DNA of 40,000 nucleotides from Candidatus Altimarinota bacterium (GTDB lineage: Bacteria; Patescibacteriota; Gracilibacteria; BD1-5; UBA6164), in the NCBI GenBank assembly GCA_025210615.1, contig JAOARJ010000013.1, forward strand, positions 1 through 40,000, written 5' to 3'. Positions 21,500-32,400 of this stretch are shown here, piece after piece. The notes beneath the pieces are model-generated. The model was not told the origin of the DNA. It searched no databases and worked only from the letters and a program-made list of their open reading frames with translations. Made by a program: the position numbers and the translations under genes. Position 1 is the stretch's first letter. The number at the start of each line of letters is the position of its first letter.

Positions 21500-22618
21500 T
21501 TAGTTATTTTCAAAATAAATTTTAGCATTTTTTAAATTAATTTCTTGTAATTCTTTTACTTTTTCTTGAAAAAATTTATTATTTTTAGATAATTTTTTTG
21601 CAAAATCAGCAGGGAAAATAAATCATAAATCTTCATCTTTAAAATTATTTCATCAATCAGGTTTTTTATATCAAATTATTTCATATTTATCATCAGTTAT
21701 CTTAGTTTGCATTAGGATAGGAATAATTGTTTGCACTCAAGTATGAATTCATCACTCCTTATCTTCATAATATTCTTCAGAAACAACTATTACATAATTA
21801 TCAGTAATTCAAGTGTCTTTATTTTCAGTTTTTCAAACTATATTAAAAGCAGTTATTCTAGCTCATCATAAAGCCCTTACTCAAATATTATCTTTAATAT
21901 AATTTATCCTTAGTAAATCAACTTTTTCTTTAGTGTTTTCAGTAATATATTTATTGTTACTTTCATCTTGATTTTCGTCCTTATTTTCTTCTGAAGAATC
22001 AGAATTTTTTTCTGTATTATTAGATGTTTTTTCTTCGTCATCTTCAGCCACTATAACAGTAGTATTCTTATTTTCTTCTTCCAATTTTTTAATTAATTCT
22101 TGTTCTTTTTTTATAAGCTCTTGTTTTCTTTTTTCTAGTTCAGCTTTTTCTTTTTCTTCTGCTTCTTTTTTAGAAATTAAATTATCTCTATATTTTATAA
22201 AAGCATTTGTTACATTTTTTATTTTTTCTTCTGTTATTCTCGCGTCTGGTTTAACTTCTTTGATTTGAGATAATAAATTATTTATAAATTTTATTTTTCT
22301 TTCATAATCAAATTTATAAGTAACAAAATAATTATCTAAAAATATTGTTATTCTAGCTTCATCTTCTGAAATATCTGATTTTTCTGTTAAATCTCAGCTA
22401 GGTTTATCTTCCCCAGAACAACTACCAAAATAATCAGTTTCTACTCAGGCTTCTTTCATATAACAAGAATTTTGATAAGTGATTCAATCTTTCCCGCAGA
22501 CAGGATAATAATTGTTTGTACATAAAGAAGCATTAGTATTATTTATGTTTAATACTCAAAATATTCCTGCTAAAATTAATAAAAAAATTTTATTTTTTAA
22601 TATATTTTTTATAGTCAT
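21500..22618 (-). CDS. Secreted protein with an N-terminal Kazal-type protease-inhibitor-like domain, a KE-rich coiled coil and an acidic low-complexity linker (372 aa)
   Basis: Signal-like 'IFLLILAGIFGVLNINNTNA', then 'LCTNNYYPVCGKDGITYQNSCYMKEAGVETDYFGSC' (the 'PVCG-DG-TY-N-C' Kazal core). Track ORF 21881-22084 is in frame. Confidence 0.78.
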
Positions 22619-22674
22619 GATTTTGTTTTATATTTTAAATTATTTAAGATATAATACTCAAAAATAATTTTTGT

Positions 22675-22700
22675 CAAAAAAAGACTAGAATTTCTAGCCT
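22675..22700 (-). terminator. Rho-independent terminator overlapping the stop of the 812-aa gene
   Basis: The minus strand reads 'aggctagaaattctagtcttttttt'. The TAG stop (22696-22694) lies in the stem. Confidence 0.65.
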
Positions 22701-25132
22701 AATTCTCCTCATACACTGAAAGTATTTGTCATGTCTGTAATATCTTTTCTGTTTTTTGATTCTTCTAGCCACTGCGCGATTATATTTTCATTTATCATTC
22801 AGTCTTCTCTTATTATTCAAGACTTTTGTCATTGTAATATAGTTTGTTCTTTTGTTTTGAATCTTCATTTAAAGAATCTAGTTAGTTGTCAAAAATCTTT
22901 TGAAATACTAATTTCCTCTTCCATATTTAGCATCATTAATATTATTCTTATAAGTTTTTTAGCTTCAGCAGGTTTTACTCAATCACTTAGATTAATATCA
23001 GTTTTTAGGTCTGTCATTGTTCAGATAGTACTCAAAAAAGGTATAAACGGAGATAATCTACATTCTTCAAAAATATCTACAAGGGCCAAGTAAGAAAGAG
23101 CATCAGCTTTAGATTTAAAAGTTTCAGTTTTTCAAGTAGATATAATATTTAATTTAATTTCTCAATTATCTAATTCTTTCCATTTCATTCAAAAATTATC
23201 AGTTTTATTTTTAGCGTCTTCTATTGTAAAGTTTTCTTCAGTAACAGTTTTTCAGTTGATAGTAAATTTTGTCATTCTTTCACCATCTCTTTTTTGACTT
23301 TCTTTTTTGCTTTTTTCTTCTTCTTTTTTTTGCTTTTCACTTTTGTTTTTATCTTCATCTTTTTTAGTGTATTTTATTTCATTTGTGTTTAAAGCTAGTT
23401 CTTGTAATGAATTTGATAAATTACTAAAGAAAGTATTTTCCTCTATTTTAGGCAATAGGGACTCTTTATCATCTAAAATTAATTTTATAATAATAGGAAG
23501 ACCTTTTTCTTGTAAATATAATTGACAATCATCAACTCATTCTTTCCAGTTTGTAAATAAATCAATAAATTTATTATAATCTCAAGGATTTTGAGGTCAT
23601 AAAACACTTTGTAATTTATTTAGAAAGTCGTCAGAATCTTTAGAATTTTCATATAACCAAATCATATAATCTCATAATTCCTCTCAATCAAAAATTGATA
23701 AAGACTTAGAATTCTTTATTTTATTTTCAAATCTTTCATAGTGTTCATCTGTACCTATAATAGCTTCTGCTTCATGTATTTTTTCTTTTACGAAGGAAAG
23801 CGATTTTTGTATAATAGGTGCTGAAACAATTTCATCTACTGCTTTATCAAGTAAATCTTTTGCTCATTCAGCAACATATTCAAGAGGATTTTTTGATTCT
23901 AATGCTTTATTTACAGATTCTTTTACAGAAGAAACAATTTCACTAACTTCTTCAGGAAGATTTTCTACAAACTCCACTGTATCTTCGGCTAGAGAACTAA
24001 CTCCATCAATACTATCAGTTATGAATTCTTGTATATTTTCTCAAGCATTAGATAAATTTGCTTCTAGATTTCCCATTGTTTCTGAGAAAGAAAACATTTC
24101 ATCTAATCTATCTAGAATAATTTCATTATCTGTTCTAGTGTCTGCTAAAATATTATTTTGTAGGGCAAATTCTTGCCAACGGCTTTCAGGAGAAGAACCA
24201 AAAGAATCAAAAAAACTAGAATTTTCTTGTTGCTCTTCTTGTTTTATGAAATCTAAAACTTTTTGTTCAGTATAATCTAAATTATCTTTTTTTTGCTTTA
24301 ATAAATAATCTAGGGCTTCATCTCAAGTTTTATTTTTAATTATATTTTTAAAATTTTTGAATATAGTATAATTAAAACGCCATGAATTTTCATCAGTTTT
24401 ATAGAATCTTTTATCCTTAAGAGCAGCGCTTATTTGAGAAATAAGAGAAGTTAATAAATGCCTTTTAGCAGGAGAGGATGTAAGTTTATTATAAATTTCT
24501 TGTTTTAAGGCTTTAGACTCTTCATCAAATAATTTATTAAGGTCATTAAATTCTTTATTGCCAGAAAATACTTCTAAATCTTCACGAGTAAGTCAGGTTT
24601 CTTGCAATTTTTTTAAATCTTGTATTTCTTGCCTTAGATAAAATAAATTTTCAGAAGTTTTTTCTTTTGATAATTTTAAAAAGTTATTATATGCTTTTTC
24701 TATTTCATCAAATTCTTTATATATTTTGTTTATTTGTTTGGAATTTCATTTGTAAGAGTCTAATAATTTAGAATAAATATTTATTGCAGAATTAAACTCT
24801 TCACCTGCTTCATTAAGTACTTTTTTTTCAGATAAAATTTTTAAATCTCTTATAGTAAACCATTTTTTTTGTAATTTTTTTAGATCTTGAAATTCTTGTT
24901 TTAGGTAAAACAGGTCATCAGGTGTTTTTTCTCTAGATAATACTTTTAAATTATCATATATTTCCTCTATTTCATCAAATTTTTTATATATTCTGTTTAG
25001 TTGTTCAGGTTTTCATTTATAAGCTTCTGTTAATTCAGAATATATGTCAACAGCAGAATTAAAAATATTATCAGCTTCTTGTTCAGGAGAAATATTTTCT
25101 AAAGATACATTTTTGTTTTCTATTACATTCAT
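22694..25132 (-). CDS. Large, predicted cytoplasmic, helical protein of unknown function (812 aa) with an N-terminal 2 x 89-aa tandem repeat
   Basis: ATG at 25132-25130. Open under code 25 to TAG. Track ORFs 25013-25195 and 23252-23455 are in frame. No signal peptide or TM segment seen. Confidence 0.72.
24540..25075 (-). repeat. In-frame tandem duplication, period 267 bp (89 aa), two diverged copies
   Basis: 'tatttcatca' recurs at 24701 and 24968. The protein copies are 'NIFNSAVDIYSELTEAYKGKPEQLNRIYKKFDEIEEIYDNLKVLSREKTPDDLFYLKQEFQDLKKLQ' and 'EEFNSAINIYSKLLDSYKGNSKQINKIYKEFDEIEKAYNNFLKLSKEKTSENLFYLRQEIQDLKKLQ'. Confidence 0.8.
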
Positions 25133-25298
25133 AATTTTATTTTTGTTTTTATATTTATTTTGCTCTATTATATCATTTATTTTTTTATATTGCAAATATT
25201 AGAAAGGTTGGCTAAAAACACGAAAAATAGCTTGTAAAATTATAAAAAATAGATATATTTATAAAAAGTAAATTTTTAGTAATTAAGAGGGATTTTTT

Positions 25299-28200
25299 AT
25301 GAGTTTTGTTCACTTGCATAATCATTCGCATTTTTCTATTTTAAAAGGCTTACCAAAGCCAAAGGATTATATAAAAAAGGCAAAAGAATTTTGAATGACT
25401 GCTGTTGCACTTACTGATTCGTGAAATCTTCATTGATGACACGAGTTTTATAAAGCGTGTAAAAGTGAATGAATAAAGCCTATTTTATGAATAGAAATCA
25501 ATGTTACAAATAGCCCAGTAAGTGAAAAAAATAAAGACAATTTACCTCATAAATTAGTACTACTTGCTAAAAATATTAAGTGATATAGAAATATTATAGA
25601 TTTAGTAACTTTATCAAATCTTGAGTGATTTTATTTTGAGCCAAGAGTTGATATAGAAATGATAAAAAAATATTCTAGTGATATTATTGCTTTATCTGGT
25701 CCTATTTCTTGAGATATTCCTTATCAAATTTTAGCTTGAAAAACTGACGAAGAAATCTTAGAAAGAATTAAATTCTATCAAGATATTTTTTGAGAAGAAA
25801 ATTTTTATTTAGAACTTCTTTATCACTCAGACATTCCAAAACAAGAATTAGTTACAAACAAACTTATAGAACTTCATAAAAAATATGACATTCCAGTAGT
25901 TGCTGCTAACGATTGTTTTTATATTGAAAAAGAAGATAAACAAACTCAAGATGTTATAATGTGTCTTAATACTGGTCATACAATGGATAATCCAGATAGA
26001 CCAACGCTTATAAATTGAGATTACTCATTTCTATCAGAAGAAGCTATGCAAATGCAGTTTTGACATGTGCCAAGCGCTTTAGAAAATACAAATAAAATAG
26101 CTGACCAAATAGATATAGAATTTGAAACTTGATGAATATTAATACCAAAATATGATCTTCCAGAACATCATCAAAAAATATATGAAAGAGCTTTAGAGTT
26201 AGAAAAAGATGAAAAATGATTAAAAAAATTAACTTCAGATGAATGGTATTTAAGATACCTTTGTTTTGCGTGATTAAATCATAGATATAATTATGATATT
26301 AGTGAAGAAGTTATTTTAGAATTTGTAAAAAAATTAGATAAACCAAGTCTTGATAAAGTTCTTCAAGAAACTTCGCCAGAAGAGCTAAAAGACTTATCAA
26401 TAACTTATTATACTGATAAGAAAAAAGAAATTTTAGCTTGACTAAGCGAAGATATTCAAGAAAAAGTAGAAAGGCTAGAATATGAGTTAGTAGTAGTACA
26501 TGAAATGTGATTCGACGGATACTTTTTGATAGTAGCGGATTATATTAATTGGGCGAGAGATAATGACATTCCTGTTTGACCTTGAAGATGATCAGCGGCT
26601 TGAGCATTACTTGCTTATTTATCATGAATAACTGATATTGATCCTCTTAAATATTCACTACTTTTTGAAAGATTTTTGAACCCAGCTAGAGTGTCAATGC
26701 CTGATATTGATACGGATTTTTCTGATGATGCTAGAGATAAAGTAATTGAATATTGTAGAAATAAATATTGAGCTGACCATGTGGCACAAATTTGTACATT
26801 TTGAACTTTCGCAGCCAGAGCTGCCGTAAAAGATGTATGAAGAGTTTTTGGTATAGAGTTTCAAGAAATGAATAAATTAGCCGCACTAATTCCAGAAAAA
26901 CCAGGTACAAAATTAGCAAAAGCTTTAGATGAAGCGCCAGAATTCCAAATGGCATATAGACAAAATCCAAAATATACAAAAATCATTGATAATGCCCTTA
27001 AGATAGAATGAAACGTAAGACAAATTTGAGTTCATGCTTGTGCGGTTATTATTGCTCCTGAAAAAATGACAAATTTTACTGCATTACAAAATCCACCAAA
27101 AGATAAAGAAGCTATAATTACTCAATATTCAGCTTATCCATTAGAAGATTTAGGATTATTAAAAATGGATTTCTTATGATTAAGAAACTTGACTATTATT
27201 AAAAGAGCTCAAAAAATAATTGAAAGAAGTAAATGAGAAAAAGTAGATGTATTAGATATAAATCTTGAAGACCCTAAAGTTTTTGAAATTTTTGCAAATG
27301 GTGATACGACTTGAGTTTTTCAGTTTGAATCTGATTGAATGAGAAAATATTTGAAAGACCTGTGACCAAATACTTTTGAAGACATTATTGTTATGGTATC
27401 GCTTTATCGTCCTGGTCCACTTCAATATATTCCAACTTATATTGATAGAAAACATTGAAGAGAAGAAGTTAAATTTGAGCATGAATCATTAGAAGAAATA
27501 TTAGCTCCAACTCAATGAATAGCCGTTTATCAAGAACAAATAATGCAAATGGTACAAGCTTTTGCAGGTTTTTCACTATGAGAAGCGGATATTCTAAGGA
27601 GAGCCATTTGAAAGAAAAAAATAGATGTATTAATGGAACAAAAAGCTAAATTTGTAAAAGAAGCTTGAAAACAAGGGCACTCAGAAAAACTAGCTTTACA
27701 TATTTTTGAAGATGTAATTGAGCCTTTTGCTGGATACTGATTTAATAAATCTCATGCCGCTTGTTATGCTTTTATTGCCTATCAAACAGCATTTTTAAAA
27801 GCTTATTATCCAACAGAATTTTTAGCTTCAGTAATGACAAGTGATGAGGAAAATATGGAAAGAATTGTTATGGAAGTATGAGAAGCAGAAAGTAAATGAA
27901 TAAGCGTGCTACCACCGAATGTAAATGAATCTTTAAAACATTTTACATATATTGATGATGATAATATCAGATTTTGATTAAAGGCTATAAAATGACTTTG
28001 AGATTGACCTATTGAATGAATTATTAAAGCTAGAGAAGAGGGGGGAAAATTTGTAACGCTAGAAGATTTTATAAAAAGAACTTGAAAAGATGTTATAAAT
28101 AAAAGGGTTCTAGAAGCGCTTATTAAATCTTGAGCAATAGATGATTTTTGAGAAAGATGACAAATGTGGCATAATATAGCTGAAATGACAAGATTTGTAA

Positions 28201-29366
28201 AAAATGAAGAGAAAAAAGAAGATTCAGCTCAAATTTGATTATTTGAACTAGCTGAAGATGAAGATTTTAGTGATAAATTAATTTTAGAAGAATGTAACCC
28301 TTTTACTTATGCAGAAAAATTAGATTGAGAACAAGAAATGATTTGATTTTGGGTATCAGGCCATCCTCTTGATTGATTAAAAGCTTATACAAAAAATCAA
28401 ACAAAAAAAGCAGATTTATTAGTGAAATCTTTTGAGGATTATGCTAAAGAGCAAGAGGAAGAAGAAAAGAAAAAACAAGAAGAAAAAGAGAAAAAGAAAA
28501 ATGCACAAATAACGCAGGCTTTAGAATGATGAGAAAATAAACCTCAAAATAATCAAAATAAATTTAAGAAAAAATGAAGAAAAGAACCAGAAAATGTTGT
28601 ACAAACGGCTTGATATATATTAGATGTTCGTAAATTTATGACGAAGAATTGAAAAAATATGCTAGTGGCTAGTTTTGAAAATTATTATTGAAGTTTTGAA
28701 ATAACTGTTTTTGATAGATTTTATGAAGCTTTGCAAGAAAAGATAAAACCTTGAAAATTTGTTTTACTAGAGGGAAGTTTGTCAGTAAATACGGAATATC
28801 TAAGAAAATCTATTCTGGTAAATGAGCCAGCAAAAGTCCAAACATTAAGTCTTGATTTTATAAGAAGTATAGCTAAAAAGAAGGGAGTTTTTGATGATAG
28901 TAAGTTTAATAAATTTTTGCAAAATAATGATGAAGAAATACAAAATAATTTAGAAAAAACTGACGAAAAAGTAGAAAATAATGAAGATTTAGAACAAAAA
29001 AACAGTGAAAATAATAAAAAAATAGATGAAAAAGTAGATAATTTTGATAAAAAAAGCGAAAAAAATAATGAAATTCCAGAAGAAATTATACAAGAAGTAG
29101 AAAAAATCGAAGAAGAAAAAAATGATAATAGTGCATGTGAAATATTTGAAGAAGAAATTTTGAAAGAATTTATAATTCCAGTTCCAAATACAGCTCATAA
29201 ATTAGATTTAGTTGAGATGAAAAAATATTTGCAAGAATTAGAGCCTTGAGAAACAGAAATATTTATAGATATCAGGTGAAATAAATTATCAACAAAAATA
29301 AAAATAAAAAATTATAATGAAATAAAAGATTGGGCAGAAAAAAAATGGTCTATAATAATAAATTAA
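25299..29366 (+). CDS. dnaE: DNA polymerase III alpha subunit (1355 aa) with a KE-rich insertion and a low-complexity C-terminal tail
   Basis: PHP '[15 protein letters not shown]', '[25 protein letters not shown]', '[19 protein letters not shown]' and '[13 protein letters not shown]'. An SD-like 'aagaggga' lies 8 nt upstream of the ATG. I checked it codon by codon. Confidence 0.95.
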
Positions 29367-29437
29367 ACAAAAACAAAACCTTGAATAACTCAGTATTATG
29401 TGTTATACTTTAAAAAATATAAATATATAAAAATAAT

Positions 29438-32400
29438 ATGCAATTCAAATTTACAAAATTTATAACTGATGATAGGTATAATAAAACTCAAAAAATTATT
29501 TCATTTGCTGTAATTTCAGCGATGTTATTTATGATGTCAGTTAGAGTTCCACTTGAGAAATATTTGATTGAAACTTCATATGCTAGTGATGATACTTTTT
29601 ATAAAGTTGTTTCTATTTTGGTAAATGAAGATATTTATCCTCAAATAGGCGATAAAGTAAAGAGATATGCTAAAGATATTTCTGGGGCTATGGAAAATAC
29701 TAAGACTGTTATTGTTCCTATTCCTAGTGATGCGAAAAGTGAAAAAATAGCTTCTATAAATGAAAAATTTTATTTTGAATGATTACCTGATAAGAGTTTT
29801 AAATCATCTCTTGTATGAACTGTTTTGGTTTGAGATATAAAATTGCCAGTTGTTTATTTGAATTGAAATAGTGAAAAAACAGTTTTACCTTACGCTGATT
29901 TTAAAGATAAATGATTTATTTTTAATAATACTGCTTGAAAATATATTTATAATGCGAGTAATCTTTGAGATATAAAACCTGAAGTTTGGCATTGAATTAT
30001 TTCTCCAAATTCTTGAAGCAGTGAAACAAATATTCAGCAAATAAAAGATTTTTTTGATAAAGATCATGATTTTTATACCTTTAATTGAAATTTTGAAGCG
30101 GCAGATTTAAAATCAAATGAGCCGTATGTATTTTATTTTGATTCCTTAAGAGAACAAGAATCAATAATTTATGAAAAATATAAGTGATACGAAGCTCGTC
30201 AGAAAAATTTAGAAGACCTAATGTATAGGAGATATACTTGAGAACTAGCTGAAAAATTAAAAGAAATTTATAGTGCGACAAGTGAGCAAGAGATAAAAGA
30301 TTTACTTGAAAAATTATCTTGAAAAGAAGTTACAAAAGATGTTGTACAAATGCCGAATACGGATTTTCTTTGAGATGTGAATGCTAGATATATGATAAGC
30401 TCTATGATAAAGCAATATCCTGAAATTTTTAACGATAGCGGGATTTGAGAAATGAGAAATAATGTGGCGAATGCTTGAAGATATAATGCTAGTTTAAAAC
30501 ATATAAATGTAGATTTTGTTTTATCTTTTGTATGAAAACTTGATAAATTGTCTGAAGTTATTTTAAAAGAAGTAGCGACAGATTTGGAAGCGGAAGTGGA
30601 TAAAGCTGTAAAAAATAGTTTGTCTAAAAAAATAGAAATTCCTACAAAAATAAAAAAAGAGATTATTTCTTATAAAATGGTAGGTTCTTGATGAGGAGCT
30701 CCGTGAGCTCCAGTTGTAGCGACGCCTGAAGAAGTAGCGAAAGAAACAAATATTTACACAAATATTTTATATTGAAAGAAAGCTGAAACAATAGAGGAAA
30801 CAAAAGAATGTACTATTTATAGAGGTTCTATGGAAAACTCTGGAAAATTAGTAGAAGCAAATAGATGATATAATGTTCAATTAATTCAAGATGATATTGA
30901 GTTATTGAAAAAAGAAAGTGCTGAAAGATGTTTGAAAGATCCTCCTGAAATAAATGCGCGGTTTGGTTGAACAACCCCTATTAATATAGACCAAGAAAGT
31001 TTTTCTTCTTGAGATATAAAATTAAAAGTGTATGATGTTAAATCTTCTTTGTTGCCTTTATTTTCAATAGAAGGTTCAAAACAAAGCAAAGAAAGCGCTA
31101 AAGTTCCATCTCCAAAAAATTGTTTAGAAAATAATTTCTTATGGACTTATGAAGCCAAAACTGAAAAAGATTGACCAGGGAAACCTCCTAGGAATGTGCC
31201 TTTAAATCAGGATTTTTCAGAGGCTGAAAATTGGGATTGTACTTTTCCTTATACGCCTAAATGACCAGCAGAATATCAAAGTGCTACATACGAATCTGTT
31301 CTAGCAAAGGCAGAATGACAATGTGATATTGAAGTAAAATTAGACTGAGTAACTATAGTTGCTTTAAATCCTTGTTCTATTCCTATTTGATGAATTTGAG
31401 AAGTTACAACAAGGGAAATTGAATATTATGATTTTAAATCAATAAATTCTGAAATGGAGCATAAATCTCCAACAGATGAGGAATTAAAAGCGCAAATTAG
31501 TAACATTGTTTCGCCAGATTTACCAGTTGATAAAGATAGGTATATCGATTTTATTGGCGCGGGAGGTTATCAAAAAATAAAATATCCTTATCCATTTAGA
31601 ATTTGAGTTGGTAAAGATGAATTACTAACAATGAAAAATATTGAAAAAGCTGTTAAAGCAGAATTAGCTGGAGCTTCGGCTTGAGCTTGAGTTGATTTAC
31701 TTAATTTTGTTAGAAATAAAGCGAATAATACTTTCAAAACTTGAACAACTACAAAAGATATTTCATATTATGATACATTTTTATTCGCTGTTTATTGGAA
31801 TAATTTAAAATCTGCAACAGCAAAATATAATTATGTTTTCAGAAGATACTTAAACGATGTAGTTATAAATGATGACAAGTGATGAAGAAATGGAGAAGAG
31901 CTTAGTCTCGCTAATTCTATTATAGATGAGAATTCGCAGGTTGAGAAAAAAGTTCCTTATCCTGGGATAAAAAGATTTTATGAGTCTGCTCATTTAAGCG
32001 CGCCTTGAACAGCTGATAAGATGTTTATAAGTGTTGACCCTGAGGTGAAATGAGTTTCTCCTATTTGAGATATTGAAGCGGCTAATTCTGGTTTAGATAA
32101 TCAAATGGCATCAGCTGCCGCTTGACAAGATGACTCTGGATGAGGTAGTACGAAATGTAGTCCTCCTGAATGAGTACCTATTCGGGAATGGCTTCCTGCT
32201 GTTTTTTGTCGGTTGGCGGAAGTAATGGATACGGCTTGAGCGATTATGGAAAGTGATTGTTGTGGTCCTTCTGTTTTTTGAGAAGACACAGAAGATTTAT
32301 GATTTGATGAAGCAGAAAAAATTGCTAAGTATGACCAAACATTATGATGAAGAATTCCTGAAGGAACTTGCTGACAAGATGCTAATGATAATTGAATAAA

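Noticed and set aside
22731-23093. A 120-aa plus-strand ORF, with similar plus-strand ORFs at 15392-15673, 16262-16477, 16863-17150, 18314-18610, 20677-20868, 23307-23525 and 24021-24275
   Set aside because: They are Ser/Phe/Leu/Ile-rich low-complexity translations antisense to well-supported minus-strand code-25 genes. These are shadow ORFs.
15390-25132. Calling the T4SS-like block an integrative conjugative element or plasmid remnant
   Set aside because: I could recognise no relaxase, integrase, replication gene, tRNA target or flanking direct repeats. Base composition and start context match the housekeeping flanks. A mobile-element call is not supportable from this window.
25133-25195. 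The track start (TTG at 25195) for the 812-aa gene, adding 21 residues
   Set aside because: An in-frame ATG at 25132 has the recurrent 'AAATTATG' context used by neighbouring genes. The TTG extension is Lys/Asn low-complexity. I kept ATG 25132, but the longer form cannot be excluded.
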